DNA of 63,454 bases, filler included, from Octopus bimaculoides (GCF_001194135.2; 6 parts of 5 records of this genome joined end to end with filler, not necessarily neighbours in it), one strand, 5' to 3'. Positions 1 through 13,866 are shown, counted from the first letter of the whole stretch. The notes: generated by a model not told the origin, from the sequence alone. Numbers and translations are program-made.

Positions 1-265
1 TATATATATATATATATGCACATAATATGTTCATGCATGTATGTATGTATGTATGTATGCGTGAATAATGTACATCTGTATGCGCACCTATATACGTATA
101 CGCAATCATGGCTGTAATCTCATGAATAGTTAAGTGTATCTTGACCTACCATGTATTCAAGTATACGCATGGGTAAACGTGTATTTTATACGCTCTACAT
201 CAGACGGATATAGATATTTTCACGCGGTGTTTAAAACTCCGTGGATTCAATGTCGAGATATACAG

Positions 266-450
266 ATCACTTGACAACCGATGGTGGTATGTTTACGTCC
301 CCATAACTTAGCGGTTCGACAAGAGAGTCCGATAGAATAAGTACTAGGCTTACAAAGAATAGATCCTGGGGTCGATTTGTTCGACTGAAGGCAGTGCTCC
401 AGCATGGCCACAGTGAAATGACTGAAACAACTAAAAGAGTAAAAGAGTAA
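266..450 (+). mobile_element. SINE 3' half (abundant tRNA-derived SINE family)
   Basis: Matches the module found in reverse at 21023-21150 and in part at 32190-32290, 54745-54900 and 62400-62480 (ttgacaaccgatg...gtttacgtcccc...gaataagtactagg); ends in a (gagtaaaa) repeat tail. Confidence 0.8.
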
Positions 451-1084
451 TTCGCGAAATTATCCCCAAAGAAAGAACATGCCACTAAACAGGAACACAA
501 AATGCCTAATCATTATACGAAGAAACCTACGTATGATTTCCAATATTTAATACAAACATTTTCTTTAGATTTCAAATCTCAATATTAACTAGGAGAACTT
601 TGTGCACGTTCAGCATTAAATATAGTTCTTTGCTGCTTTTTCCTGTGGAGTTGTAACGGGAAAAAATGCTTTTGTTATACTTGAGTATATATTGTAATCA
701 ACAATACTGTTGTTTGCTAGGAAAGTTGTATGCGTGTTATCCAAAAACAACTGAATTGTGGGTATGATAAAGAACATTTTCAATAAAACACATAAGAATG
801 TTAAAAATGTTGCTCTCGTTTTTGTTGAGAAAGTAAAGGGTAATCATAAGCATGTTATCGTCTTCGTTGATGTTGTTGTGACAATAATAAAATTCTATTC
901 GTCGTACAGCAATACCAAACCTACCGAGATAATAATCCAAATAAATTACAAAGATTGCATATCGGAAGATACGGATCTGATGAATCGGTCATATTTCTAC
1001 ATGCCATTAATTTGATCTAAACACACTTATCACAGTATAAATAAACACACAAACATACACACATACACACACGCGCACACACAG

Positions 1085-1106
1085 ACAGAGTGACAGAGAG
1101 AAAGAC

Positions 1107-1155
<49 letters not shown>
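1085..1155. repeat. (AG)n microsatellite
   Basis: Direct reading. Confidence 0.95.
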
Positions 1156-1158
<3 letters not shown>

Positions 1159-2073
1159 GATTACACATAAACGCATACATAAATACAAGTATACTTTTCT
1201 ATTCACAATCGTACACCTACAACACACATATTTATATTTAGATTTGTGTGTGTGTGTGGCGTTTTTAATTTATCTTACCTCGATGATTGTGTATTAGGTA
1301 TATACCCATGAACTCTCTAGATTTCGTAAAACAAAACAAATTTAGAACACACCATTGATAAGTAAACAAAATACCTCGAAAGTCACCTCCTAGCAGTCGT
1401 GTGTATAATTCAATATCAGCAGGAAAAAAAAAAGAAAGGACCACTCAACAATAAAGATTTCCTATAAGAGAAATCAAACACGAAGACAGTATGCATAGCA
1501 TATAATGAATATTCACGAAATTTGGAAGGGTGATATAGAAATTAAGTATTCTGTATACAATATCAGCTACAGCATGTATAAAATAGAGAAATACTGTAAA
1601 CAAATACAGATATAAATGAAAAACGAAGCGGGTTTCTATTGTAAAGAAGACTAAACTTCTGAACAAATAACAACTCTGTTGAGAAATTAGAAAAATTGGA
1701 GGGAGATGTAAAATAATAATTCAGAGCAAACTTTCCAGATGCAATCACTGAAATCAAGTTCTTGCCAAATGAACTTAGAAAAGCAAAGTTATCTTTACCC
1801 ACGGCAATTCTAGATGCTTGGGATTTTAAGAAAAAGTAGTGGAAAAAGTGACGTAACACGTTTATGTGTATTATATTTGTTTTCAATGCGAATTCGGTAC
1901 ATATTCTATAAGAAGCAAAATAATAATTATTTATGGATAAGTTCAACGAGATTTTTGTAGTTATCAGTACAATGTTCATATTTTCATATTTTTAAAATTT
2001 TAGTGATGATTACAGCATGTGTGCAACCAAATATGTATATACATATACATATATATGCGCGTGTGTGTATGTA

Positions 2074-2113
<40 letters not shown>

Positions 2114-2126
2114 TAATTATATGTAT

Positions 2127-2127
2127 G

Positions 2128-2181
<54 letters not shown>
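2127..2181. repeat. (TAA)n microsatellite abutting the 5'-truncated end of a Dong/R4 LINE
   Basis: Direct reading; explains the poly-N/poly-I ORFs in the track. Confidence 0.95.
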
Positions 2182-2183
<2 letters not shown>

Positions 2184-3120
2184 CAGAGGATCATGGCAAA
2201 ACGCCAGAAGATCAGATTTGTGAAGAGAAATAAGCAGTTCGAGAACAGGTTGTTCAAAAATAACCCGAAGCAATTCTTCCGAACGTTAGAAGGAGACAAT
2301 GGGGAAAATGTTACTCTTGATGCAAATCAAGCCGATGAGTTCTGGAGTTATGGAGAAACAATGTGGTGCGTGAAAGAGATGCAATGTGGAGAGGAACTAT
2401 CAAGACAGAATTTGGAAAGAAACAAAATCATATTGTCATAAGCATGGATGATGTGAAAGAACAAGAGGGTAAAGCACCTAACTGGAATGCACCCAGATGG
2501 GACTAATAGCTTTTGGCTGAAGAGATGACACGCACGCCGTGCATGAAAGACAAGCAGCCCAATTGAAAGAGTGTGTCCAGAAAGCTACAGTCCCCAAGCG
2601 GATGGTGACTGGAAGGGAACACTTGTAATGAAAGATAGATAAAAGGGGAATATATTGGGAAACTACCGTCCCATAGCGTGCCTAAATATAATCTGGAAGA
2701 TACTTACTGGAATATGAGCGGCAAAGACATACACATTCCTGGCACAGGAAGAAATACTACCAGGGTAACAAAAACGATATAGGAAGAGATCTCAGGTTAC
2801 CAAAGATCACCTGGTCATCGATACAACAGCTTTGAGGCACTGTAAAAAACATCATACAAACATGTCTATGGCTTTGATTGACTTTAAGACGGTATATGAT
2901 ATGATGCATCATTCTTGGATCGTTGAATACCTGCAGATGTTTGGTGTTGCTGACATCACCACAAATTTTCTGATGCATAGCATGAAAGAGACAAAAACCA
3001 AATTGTACTCAAGTAATTTATTCCTTCGAGAAGTTGATATTAAAAGGGGAATTTTCCAAGGTGACTCGTTTTCACCGTTACTTTATATAATTGTACTATT
3101 TAAAACACATAACTATGACA
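2182..3120 (+). mobile_element. Degenerate R4/Dong-clade non-LTR retrotransposon, pre-RT and RT region
   Basis: Frameshifted peptides KQRIMAKRQKIRF..NRLFKNNPKQFF, YRPIACLNIIWKILTG, ALIDFKTVYDMMHHSW and KRGIFQGDSFSPLL (RT motif blocks of RLE-type LINEs). Confidence 0.8.
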
Positions 3121-3124
3121 CTTA

Positions 3125-3824
3125 GGAAAGTTAAGCCAGCTCCGTCGGATCAAGAGGTATTGCACCGTGGTGCAGCTTTGTTTTGCAGTGTTTCTCCACT
3201 TATCGCCGATACTTGCAATGACTGAAACGAAGAAAGAGCGTGCTTCCATCAAATTCTATTTCCTCCTGCAGCAAACAGCGTCCGAAAGAGCTTTCGTGCT
3301 CGAAACAGCATACAAGGACGCTACCATTAGCAAAACGCAAGTTTACCAGTGGTGTTTACGCTTTAGGAATTGTCTCTTGTCGTTTGAAGACCAACCTCGT
3401 TCAGACTCACCGTTGACATCCCAAATGAATGAAAGCATCCCAAAAATTGAGGAACTGATCTTGAAAGAACGTCAGCAGGCAATTGATGAACATGTTGATA
3501 TGACTTGGTGCACCCTGGAGCTCCTCGAATTTTGAGCGAGGAATTCCGAACGAAAAAATACTCGTAGCAAAACTTGTGCATCACTTGCTCATTAACGATT
3601 AAAATCAGTTACGACTGAATGCATGTTGTGGATTGAAAGAACATTTGGATTTGATATTGCCCCCAGTGACATTTTGGATGAGCTTCGAACATTGGAAAAC
3701 GCATCTGAACTGATTCATTGTTTCAAATGGAGAAAAGGATAAAGCGATAAAAGAGAATGCATGCGAAATTAAGTAAATAAAATAATATTGCAAAATTACG
3801 GTTTCTTTTGGGTAACCTCTCGTA
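3125..3824 (+). mobile_element. Internally deleted mariner element (N-terminal HTH region plus right TIR)
   Basis: ERASIKFYFLL..TAYKD..SKTQVYQW..RFRN..SFEDQPRS, then KLVHHLL; right end ...tttcttttgggtaacctctcg-TA resembles a mariner TIR. Confidence 0.75.
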
Positions 3825-5319
3825 TTTCTGTACCAACATAATTCAATATATGTGATACATCATATTGCTGTCTGTCTTAGTTCGACTAATTTCACTGTTT
3901 GACTTCAAATGTTTCAAATTTTACATCTTACACATCTTAAAGACTTCAGTTTTGTTCTCAGTTCTATCCGTTATATTCGAACAGCATCTATCCAAAGTAT
4001 TTCGAGATATATAGTATTGAATTTGTCTTTCCAATCTATTGCATTTGGCACCTTAGAAAAAGATGTGTGATTTGTCATATCCTTTGATTGTCGAGAAATG
4101 TTTGTATCTTGCTGCGACTACAGCTGTCACCCATTGAATACTATTTCAGTCGGTATCCATGGGGCGACAGAAGCATTTGAGATGTCTGGCTACTTCATTC
4201 TCTCCTTTATGTTACGTTTCTCAATTTTTCTACATGCTGCTAACTTCTCGTTTGAAAAGCATATAAGATATTGAAAATTCAATGAGAAAAAATGTAAAAT
4301 AGTACTACATCATTGTCTTTTTGTTAGTAAAAACACTATTTATTTCCAATCCATTCAATTCTTAACAGTTGTCATATTTCTCAGTCCCACTCTCTGCCTA
4401 CTTCTCTCTCTCTCTCCCCTCTCTCCTCTCTCTCACTCTCCTCTCTCTCCTCTCTCTCACTCTCTCTCTTTCTTTTTATGTCTCCTTTTGTAAATATATA
4501 TATATAAACACATAGAGAAAGGTGTGACGGCGATATTGGATTGCACTAATAGCCTTACTAAGATGAATTTAACAAAATAATGTCAAAGAGGTGAACTGCG
4601 TATACAATCACTAGAAAATTCAATTCTACTCAAACCAAATTTCGGTTCGAGGTGGGAAACGTTTTTAAATATCAGTTGGGTGCGGAATATAACTGATAAT
4701 TTACACCTCGTTCCAAGATATCTCTGTAAGATACCAATAATATCCTCGAGTGTTGAAATTGTGTAGACTCCGCTGTATTAAAAGGCAAATGAACCTCTAG
4801 AAAGATCTCACAGTATTCGTTTGACACATCGTAAATGTAAATACTTCAATAAAATGAATAACTCTCCTGTTATTTCGGTTTCACTCATTATTTCTGAATC
4901 TCGATTACTTATTTGTGTAGAGGTGGCCATGAGAATATTAATTTGGAAAATAAAATCATTATAATTCCATACAATATATAAGACGAATTTGCTATAAATG
5001 TCCTTTTTTGTCCGCGCCATCTCTGTCAAAATACGATGTGTTTAGAGTTTTTCAGTTCCAGTTATGATCGAGGAAATTTGTTTCAATCCCTCGTGTGGTG
5101 TTGTCTTCGTGATTTCAGAAAACTTGACATCATATTGTAAGAATATGATTTACAAACCAGACCATGATATTACCAAGACTGAAATCCAGTCTCTGCACTG
5201 GAGACACGTTGTTACAACAGTTACAACAGCTTGTGTCTTATAAAACAGAGAACTTGAAATGCATATGAGCTCTCTCAGTCGGAATTATGGTTGAATAATG
5301 TGCGTGAATGTGTGCGAGT

Positions 5320-5900
5320 TATTAACTCCCAACTATCCAGCTTTCTCCTATGTTGACTAATGCCAACATAGCGTATTTTTCTTCTGACTGTTTTACTCGT
5401 ATGGATAGTGTAGTTTGTACCACCCCATCAACAAAGTTTACATTACGCGAGAAGTCGATACAATGCTGATTCCTTGATAATATTTCAAACAGATTCGTAG
5501 ACATTTGTTGAAACTGTGTATTCGTAATTTATTGTTCAAGAACAAGCATGAGTGATTGTTCTAGTGTGGCACATTTTCACAGCTTGTCTTTTTTGCTGTA
5601 ACTATAGACCTGGTATCTGGAAACCATAATCCAATCACGTGTTATACTTGTTGGACTATGTGATTTTGCTTTCTAATATCGGTGATGAGTGACTCCCTTA
5701 TACGCCGATATCTTTCATGTTCTTCAGGATATAATGGATAAAGAAAAGAGTGTCCTCTCTATAACTTTACGTCAAACATTGGTGTGGCAACACATCCAGA
5801 TATAATCCAAGTCCATGAAGGTTACCCCTTCATCGTTCATTTAGAAGGAAGAGGCAGTTTGGTATTTGTATGACAACTCTTTGGATTTGATAGTATTCTA
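5320..5900 (-). mobile_element. Possible highly decayed Gypsy integrase remnant
   Basis: Weak resemblance of FQQMSTNLFEI..CIDFS and the upstream WFP..CENV peptides to Gypsy zinc-finger/integrase start; many stops. Confidence 0.3.
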
Positions 5901-7899
5901 TTCGCAAAATAGAATGTACAGAGGAATTCTTTTCTTTCTATCCACGTTTTCATCAACATATAAGCTTTCTAGCAGGATATTTGATAAAAGTCGTCATTAG
6001 TATTGTTGCGAAGAAATTCGTTGAACATTTGATCATCGTTAACCTTTTATTTTAGTGATAAGTGAAGTGCGAGACCAATGTAGTTTTCAGTTATGTCTCA
6101 AGCTACTGTTATCTAGCACCTTCGGATGATCTCTACTCAACCGCTACACAACTGCTACTCAACTGCTACTAAACACTCTACCATGGCCAGACTACCTCTA
6201 TTTATATGCCTTGGAAGATCCTACTTCTTCGCCTGGGGGCGTTGACACATTTTCTTATCCATGATAGGTGACAGTTACCCCTTTTGAGACGTAATTAATA
6301 GATAATTACTGCTAGTTTGTCGTATGCATCAGCCTCATATTACTCGTTGTTTATCCGCAACAAAGTAGCTTTCACTCTGTTCAAAAGGATCCTTTCGAAA
6401 TATATATGCAGTTTACAACAAAATGTCATTAGGTTGTTATTTGCGATAATTTAAATTCCAGTACAGCCAAGAACACCTTTCCCCTCTTTCTAACATGCGA
6501 AAGGTAAGTACCTACAAAATACTAAGCCGATTATATGCTCGACTATTAATATATCTAATACTAGAGGTGTTCAGTTTATGACAGATGAAAAAAATTGGGT
6601 TGTCGAGCTCAGATAATATTACCAGTCGAAACGATACAATAAATACCAATTAAGTATTGGTGTCTATTTAATAGTCTGTCACTTCTCCCAAAATGTCTGT
6701 CCTTATAACAAACTGGGACATTTATAATACTTTATTAACGACTTCCGTAGTTATTAATGCTATCATATAAATCCTCAGTGCATTAAAAGTTTTCTAATGA
6801 TTTACTTTACACTAACGGCAAAAAATAAAACAAAACATAAACAAAGTGAATGATTAATCTATAAAACATTACGGACATTCTGTTTACGCATCTCTAATGG
6901 ATATGAAAAAATAATACTGAGTTGGCATTCCATTTTTGAAATGTTACATCCCGATTTTAATATATTGATTCATACATTTCCAGTTTCTTGGTTATTATGT
7001 GTGAGGATTTTTATTTATTTATTAATTTATGTTACATTAATGTTGGCAAACTTTCCTTTCCACTGTTATTCCACCAGATTAAAATTTGTGTCGGTGTTGA
7101 AGGAAGTTATGAATATGAATGATTTATGGATGCCTTTTGAGTTGTTACCATTACTGACCAAGATGGTAATGGATGAAATATCGCTAAGTGGATTTTTGAA
7201 TTATTACAGAAAAAAATATTTTGTTTTTGAAAAAAAAAAAGTGGCATTATAACAAATAAACCTAAAGGAGGTGTGTAATGGAGGCATATATTTTCAGTTA
7301 GAAAAACATTTTACTTAAGAGGGATCGCCGTATACACAATTAAATTCTATTTGCTTACAAAGGATTTTGCTCTTCGAGATTTAGGTAATGCTTCTGAATA
7401 ATGAAAATCAATAAATACACATATATGCGTATTCATTTACACAAACACACATATCCGTATCCATGTACACATACACACGTATATATATGTATATATATAT
7501 ATATATATATATNNNNNNNNNNNNNNNNNNNNNNNNNNNNNNNNNNNNNNNNNNNNNNNNNNNNNNNNNNNNNNNNNNNNNNNNNNNNNNNNNNNNNNNN
7601 NNNNNNNNNNNNNNNNNNTATATAAATATATGTATAGACACACATACACACAAATACACACACACACACACACACACACATTCAAACAATTGCTCGAGGT
7701 TATGAATAAATATACAAACTTGAGTATCGTAGTATATGTTCAATAATCATACATTTACTCCTCTGAAGGAAGAGCACGTGGATAAAAAAGAAGTTACGGA
7801 TTCCCGAAAATTTGGAAACGAAATTTCGCCTAAAGGGCACACTTAATTCCATTCCAGATTAAGCATCATAAAAGAATCTTGAATAACTGATGTGATCGA

Positions 7900-8090
7900 T
7901 AACATCCAGGTTCTAGCGGAATATCCACTGCTTTTGCAACTGCCTACTTGAAAGAACGTAAGCTGAGTCAATTGTGTGAAGAGAAAGCAACTCAAATGTT
8001 ATTCTTCGATAGACAACTTCTAAACAAGCAAAATGAGATAATTATGAATTGCAACCAAAAGGTTCTTCGAACACTTAGACTACAATGTCA
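7900..8090 (+). mobile_element. Penelope-like element C-terminal fragment (end of the GIY-YIG endonuclease region)
   Basis: ATAYLKERKLSQLCEEKATQMLFFDRQLLNKQNEIIMNCNQK resembles the PLE C-terminal pattern A..Y......C.LC..E......LLNKR.E....C.H. Confidence 0.5.
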
Positions 8091-8172
8091 TCAGGAATGG
8101 TCATCTACTGTAACACATAACGATATTTAATCTTAGGTTTTATCCTTAGGAACACCAACGATGCGCAAAGTT

Positions 8173-8505
8173 GCATAACTCAGTTGTTAAAGTGCTAGGA
8201 TCACAATCATGAGGTAGGTAGTTCGATTCTCGGACCACATTGCGTGTTGTGTACTTCAGCAAGATACTTTATTTCACGTTGCTCCGGTTCACTCAGCTGT
8301 AGAAATGACAAGTGACGTCTCTGGTGCCAAATTGTATCGGACTTTGCCCTTCCCTTGGGTAATATTGTTGGTTTGAAGAGAGAGGCTGGTATGCTTGGGT
8401 GGCTGCTGACTCCATTAAACACTCTGCCCGAACTTGTGCCTCGGAGGGTAACTTTCTAGATGCAATCCCATGGCCATTCATGACCGAATGGGGTATTTAC
8501 ATTTA
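8173..8505 (+). mobile_element. tRNA-derived SINE
   Basis: A-box-like taactcagttgttaa and B-box gttcgattc followed by a ~270 bp non-tRNA body; a related head lies in reverse at 16760-16948. Confidence 0.75.
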
Positions 8506-8800
8506 GGATCACTGACTCTGGAAAATACATTAATTTTTATTATCGTTTTCAAGCTCCATGTCATCATCCTACACATCATGATCCTCATCACCTACTTCAT
8601 TTATATTAAATGCCATCAGAAGTTTATTGGTTCTAAAGTAATTTATATATTAGATATATCTCAAAACGCACGTACATGAATATAGGATTTTCTCTTTCAT
8701 AATTTTCAATATGTATTTGCTACAACTGCATAACTACTGATCTAACTAACATACCTTCATCTCTATATAGCTCGCTTTAACGCTCTTTTTCCCCGCTCTC

Positions 8801-8847
<47 letters not shown>

Positions 8848-10690
8848 CATGTATGTGTGCGTGTTTCTCTGTGTGTGTGTATACATACGAACGCAATGAC
8901 CTGATAACCACACATCTAGAAACAAGCAAGAGAACGCACGGGAACACACATACAACAAATACATGCACATATATAGCATATCCGAAGAAATTGATTAATA
9001 AATTTTCACATGTTCGAAAGATTACGCAAGGTTAAGCTTACGTGGTATTTTTCTTTATAGATTAATTCGTCAGAAAAATGAGGAGTAGTGCAACTTCATG
9101 TAATATCACTGTATATCAAAGGAATGAATTGGTGATTTATGAAGTCTGGCTAATACATACTGAGTGGGTATCGAAATAAAATGCAGACGAGCTATAATAG
9201 GCATTACTATTGTGTTTATACAAAAATTAGTGCACAGAATTTACATGTTGTAATGAGTATGTAAATGTACAGTTCTTTTGAACGATCGAAGACTCCTTTG
9301 GATGATATTGCATACTATGTAGTCAGGTGCAATAGTGGGGAATTATCAAAATTATTCTGTTGTGTGCATTAAAGACAAGTATGCATCTACTATTACATGT
9401 TGTGATAGATCCGCGTATTAAAGTTACGGTATTCTCTTGAGATTATGAAGGGCAAACGTATGTTACTCAATAATGTTTATAAACAGATATTCAATTTGAA
9501 AATTAGGTAGAGCAAAAGGTAATGAAAAGGGGATTTTGTAGTAGGTTATAAAGAGTGGTTGCTAGGCTGAATAGACAGAAGCCACAAAAAGTGGATATAT
9601 AAGAAACGCAAGAAGAAGTATATATTGGAGTTCAGGTACAAAGGAGGTGTTCAAGGGTTAAGGTAGAGGCTGCAAAGAGATAGGCAAAGATCTTCGTTGG
9701 AAGTGGGAGATGCGGGCAACGTGTGGCGGATAAAAGTGAGCAGGTCAGTGGAAATCGTGTTCAATCGGTAGAAGAGTTTTAAAGTGATTATATAAGTGAA
9801 TGATAAAAGATACAGATGGAGAACCAGTTCCATCCAGCTATCATAATTACATCAGGCATAGAATTCTGAGAAATGGAACAGAAACATGGGAAAATATAGA
9901 AACAGGCATTGAGCAGTGTGAAAGCCGTGTCATTATAAGTATCACATGCTGGGAAGGAAGAATTTAATATTGGCCAATTTGGAGAAACTACTAAGTAGTA
10001 ACAGAAGACGACAGGACGTGTAGAACTGTGGAGTGGAGAAAACCCCTTTTAAGAAAGAGTGTAGCATGAAACAAAGAGATGGCACCGCATTGACGAAAAT
10101 ATGCATAGTTTCTTTCTTTCTTTCTATCCGACTATGATCTTCGCTGTGTGGTTACGTCACTTTGGTAGCCTGCTGACCGTCCCCAGAACACCGTTTCACA
10201 TTACACACAATAAAATTATTAACTTGCTGTGGTATGCATCATAGTCTTATTAAAGAATTATTCTGTAAACCGCATGGGAAGTCAGTAGTAAATTGGAAAC
10301 AAGATTTATTAGTCCTTAATTTTTAAAGGTTGAACTTAAAAAAGAAAACGTGACTGCTTGACTGGGTGGAGTGAGCATCGAAATGAAGTTAAATGCATCG
10401 TAACTACATAAGTTCCTAAGTCTCATGATTGTAAGGAATACGGGATCCAAACCAATTCACGAGCCAGTGACAATTATTTCTTTTTTTGTTCGTTAGGATA
10501 TGTGGTTTGTGCCTGATGAATATGTTTGATGTATTTCGCAACACGTGAAACTATTAGCAGTAAATAAAAACATGTATTTGATATATTAAAAAATAGTGGT
10601 ATGTCACCAGATATACTACAGTACGTTATATGTGTGTGTATATATATATAAATATATACTCTAACACACGCGCACACACACACACACACA

Positions 10691-10728
<38 letters not shown>

Positions 10729-11243
10729 ATATATGCGTATGTATACAAACATACCTACATGCATGAACACATACATGCATACATACATACCTATAATGAC
10801 GTTCGTCATATACATCCGATTAAAACTAATAGAGTGCACCACGCATTGACTAGCAGTTTTCGAAATGTCACTAGACAAGAGAAAATACACAAGCCATCAC
10901 AGTGACGTACATCTTTACCCAAAGCGATATCGGTCAGCTGATACACATTTTAACGTTGGAGTGAGTAATGTGAAATGATATTCGATATCATACAGTAGTT
11001 AAAAATAGGAAGGACCCGGCAATGATTTCACCATTGATAAAAGCATCACTACATAACAATATATAAAGTGCAAATGGCAATATTGAATTTGAAATTGATA
11101 CTCTGAAAACGTTTATCGAACATAGATGTTAGCAGAAAGTGATGAAAACATTATTGTAAGGATCAAACGCATGTACAAAGAACTACACATTCATATATAT
11201 ATGACAATGTTACGCGGTATCTGTAAGTTTGTCTCTCTTTCTT

Positions 11244-11302
<59 letters not shown>

Positions 11303-12459
11303 NNNNNNNNNNNNNNNNNNNNNNNNNNNNNNNNNNNNNNNNNNNNTTAATTAATTAANNNNNNNNNNNNNNNNNNNNNNNNNNNNNNNNNNNNNNNNNN
11401 NNAATCTAAGAAACAATAAGAGAAAATCTGGATAGTAAAGTAAGATACATCTAAGCTATTTAGACGGGTTGGAGAAGGGTGGTGAGGAAAAATCTAAATG
11501 TAGAAGAAGATAAAAAGATAAATAGATATAGATACAGAGATCTTAAAGGTCGTAAGGGATAGATATATATGAGCTGTGTTTGCCTATATCAGTGGTGGGT
11601 CGTAAATAAGTAGCGTCAGGCTAGAGTAAACTTGAAATATGATATTCTTGTGGTGAGTGGTCAACCTAGGCGAATTACAACTTAAGTATACGAACTTATC
11701 TATTATATTGGTACAAACACTTATCAAGATGATGAAGGGTGAAGGAAGTGGAAAGGGAAATTAGAACATATAAGACCTTAAAGAATGAATAATTAGAAAA
11801 TGTCAACAAGAAAAGGGAAATAAAGTATATGGGAGAGGGAGGGTTGGACGTTAAAATTCAAAATACAGAGTATTGGGGGCATTTCAACCGTAGTAATATA
11901 GTATAATAGTGATAGGAAATAATAGCACCCACATTAATAATGCAAAAAATAAGAAATCAAAATAAGAAATAAAAAATAAAAAATAAGAGATAAAAAAAAA
12001 AGATAAAAAAATAAAAAATAAAGAAATTAAAAAATTAAAACATAAAAAATAAAGAATATACATATATATATATACACACACATATATATGTGAGTGTGCG
12101 TGTATCTTTTGGTATGTATATATACAATTCTTGAAAGACTTCATGCAAAATTTGAACTCAGAATGTAAAGGACATAACTAAGTGTTCACCGGGTATTTCA
12201 TGTGTTGCTCAACCAATTTTGCTACTCAAATAAAAAGATCTAATGTTGGAACAAATTCACCCATTCTATGTTGGAGAGATGTAATCAACTTATTCAACTC
12301 CAGTACTTAACTGGTATTTGTTTTATTGGCTCTGATCTGATAGAAAATCAAGACAACTATTGTGACATTTAAAATCAGAATGCAAAGAAATGAACTACTT
12401 TACAAGACTAAAAATAATATGCTAACATGTATAATGCACACCTCAGTTGTTGGGCCTGG

Positions 12460-12742
12460 GTCTGGGTACATGGAGTAAATAAAATCATAACGTAAACAGT
12501 TAAATATAAGAAATAATAATTTCTTAAAGTATGTGTTAATCCCCATGTGAATACATGGAGTAAATAAAATCAGAACATAAACAATTAAATATAAAAAATA
12601 ATAATTTCTTAAAGTATGTGTAAATCCCCATGTGGGTACATGGAGTAAATAAAATCATAACATAAACAGTTAAATATGAGAAATAATAATTTCTTAAAGT
12701 ATGTGTTAATCTCATGTACCCAGACTTTGTGGACACCCTGTA
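12460..12742. mobile_element. Tc1/mariner-type MITE with an internal 85-bp unit repeated three times
   Basis: Units start at 12464, 12549 and 12634. Right TIR catgtacccagactttgtggacaccctg-TA; the left end keeps only gtctgggtacatg, its reverse complement. Confidence 0.8.
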
Positions 12743-12827
12743 TAACATGGCTACAAGGGTAGATTTTTTACTATATTCCAATATGTTAATTCTTAATGTC
12801 TCATTTCAGAAAAAATAGATTTATATA

Positions 12828-13040
12828 TAATAAACAATAATCTCATGTCCATTGTCTGGAAATCTTTCATCACACGTTTGTGACCTCTTCAGCAACACTT
12901 TCCATCCTCATGTATGCTCCTGCTCTGCTTAGTACATTCTGTTCTATAGAAAGTGTCACTGAAGCAGTCACAGATGTGTGACGAAAGATTTCCGGACAAT
13001 GGACATGAGTTAAAATAAGAACAGTAATAAACAATAATCT
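12828..13040. mobile_element. Fold-back mini-element with 43-bp inverted arms, 16-bp flanking direct repeat and hammerhead-like cores
   Basis: Arms 12842-12884 and 12967-13009; direct repeat TAATAAACAATAATCT at 12828-12843 and 13025-13040. Confidence 0.75.
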
Positions 13041-13439
13041 ATTTTATCTATTAAATCATCTTTAGCTAATTATATGTAAATAATGATAGATCATGCCTGC
13101 ATGGAACATGGACATTAAATTATGATGATGATAACAATGAAGACAGCGATGGCAGCGGTGGTGGCAATGACAATGATGACAATGACGATGACGATGTTGA
13201 TGATGATGATGGTGATAGTAAGGATGATGATGGTGATGATGATGATGATGATGATAATTTTTTTAATGGCCAATCTATCTGGTAGAGTTGGATAAAGTCT
13301 AGTCATTCATATAGTCAATCAGGTTGTTCAGGCAGGTGTAATCCCTAGTGACTGGTGTAGAAGCATCTCAGTCAGCTGCTACTAGGGAAAGAGAAATGCT
13401 TTAGATAGGAGTAATTATAAAGGCATCAAATTGCCTCTA

Positions 13440-13866
13440 TAATTAAGGTAAGTTGTGGGAGGAGGAGACCCAAGAAGACATATGGAACAAAAAAACTAGA
13501 GGCTGATCTCAAAACACTGAATCATATGGAGAAGATGACAGAGGAGTGAGTTGTGTTGTGCATTGCTGTACTCCAGAAGACCTGCCCACCACAGCAGAAT
13601 TGAGATCCTAAGAGTGAGGTGCCACATAAAAAGCATTGGTGTGGGTGCTGGTGCCATGTAAAAAGCACTGGTGCTGGTGCCACGTAAAAAGCACTTAGTA
13701 CATTCTGTAAAGTGGTTGGCATTAGGAAGGGCATCCAGCCATAGAAACCAAACCAAAACAGACTGTGGAACTTGGTGTGGCTCCTCATCTTGCCAGTTCT
13801 TGTCAAGCCAGCCAACTCATGTCAGCATGAAAAATGAATGTTAAATGTTGTTGATGATGATGATAA
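13440..13866 (+). mobile_element. RTE LINE 3' end with tandem ~24-bp 3'UTR units and (GAT)n tail
   Basis: gtgctggtgccacgtaaaaagcac units, tgtaaagtggttggcattaggaagggcatccagc core and ...gttaaatg(atg)n tail, shared with 13890-14220, 14235-14846 and 16180-16490. Confidence 0.7.

Noticed and set aside
5715-5745. CTGAAGA..GAAA on the minus strand (also 25173-25210 and 20188-20210 on plus)
   Set aside because: No credible stem II or stem III and no cleavage triplet; chance matches to the short hammerhead core.
11347-11358. TTAATTAATTAA islands inside N runs (also 26358, 54103, 57161, 61801)
   Set aside because: Identical 12-mer centred in gaps with stop codons in all six frames: an artificial scaffolding linker, not biology. 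Adjacency across these gaps is less certain.
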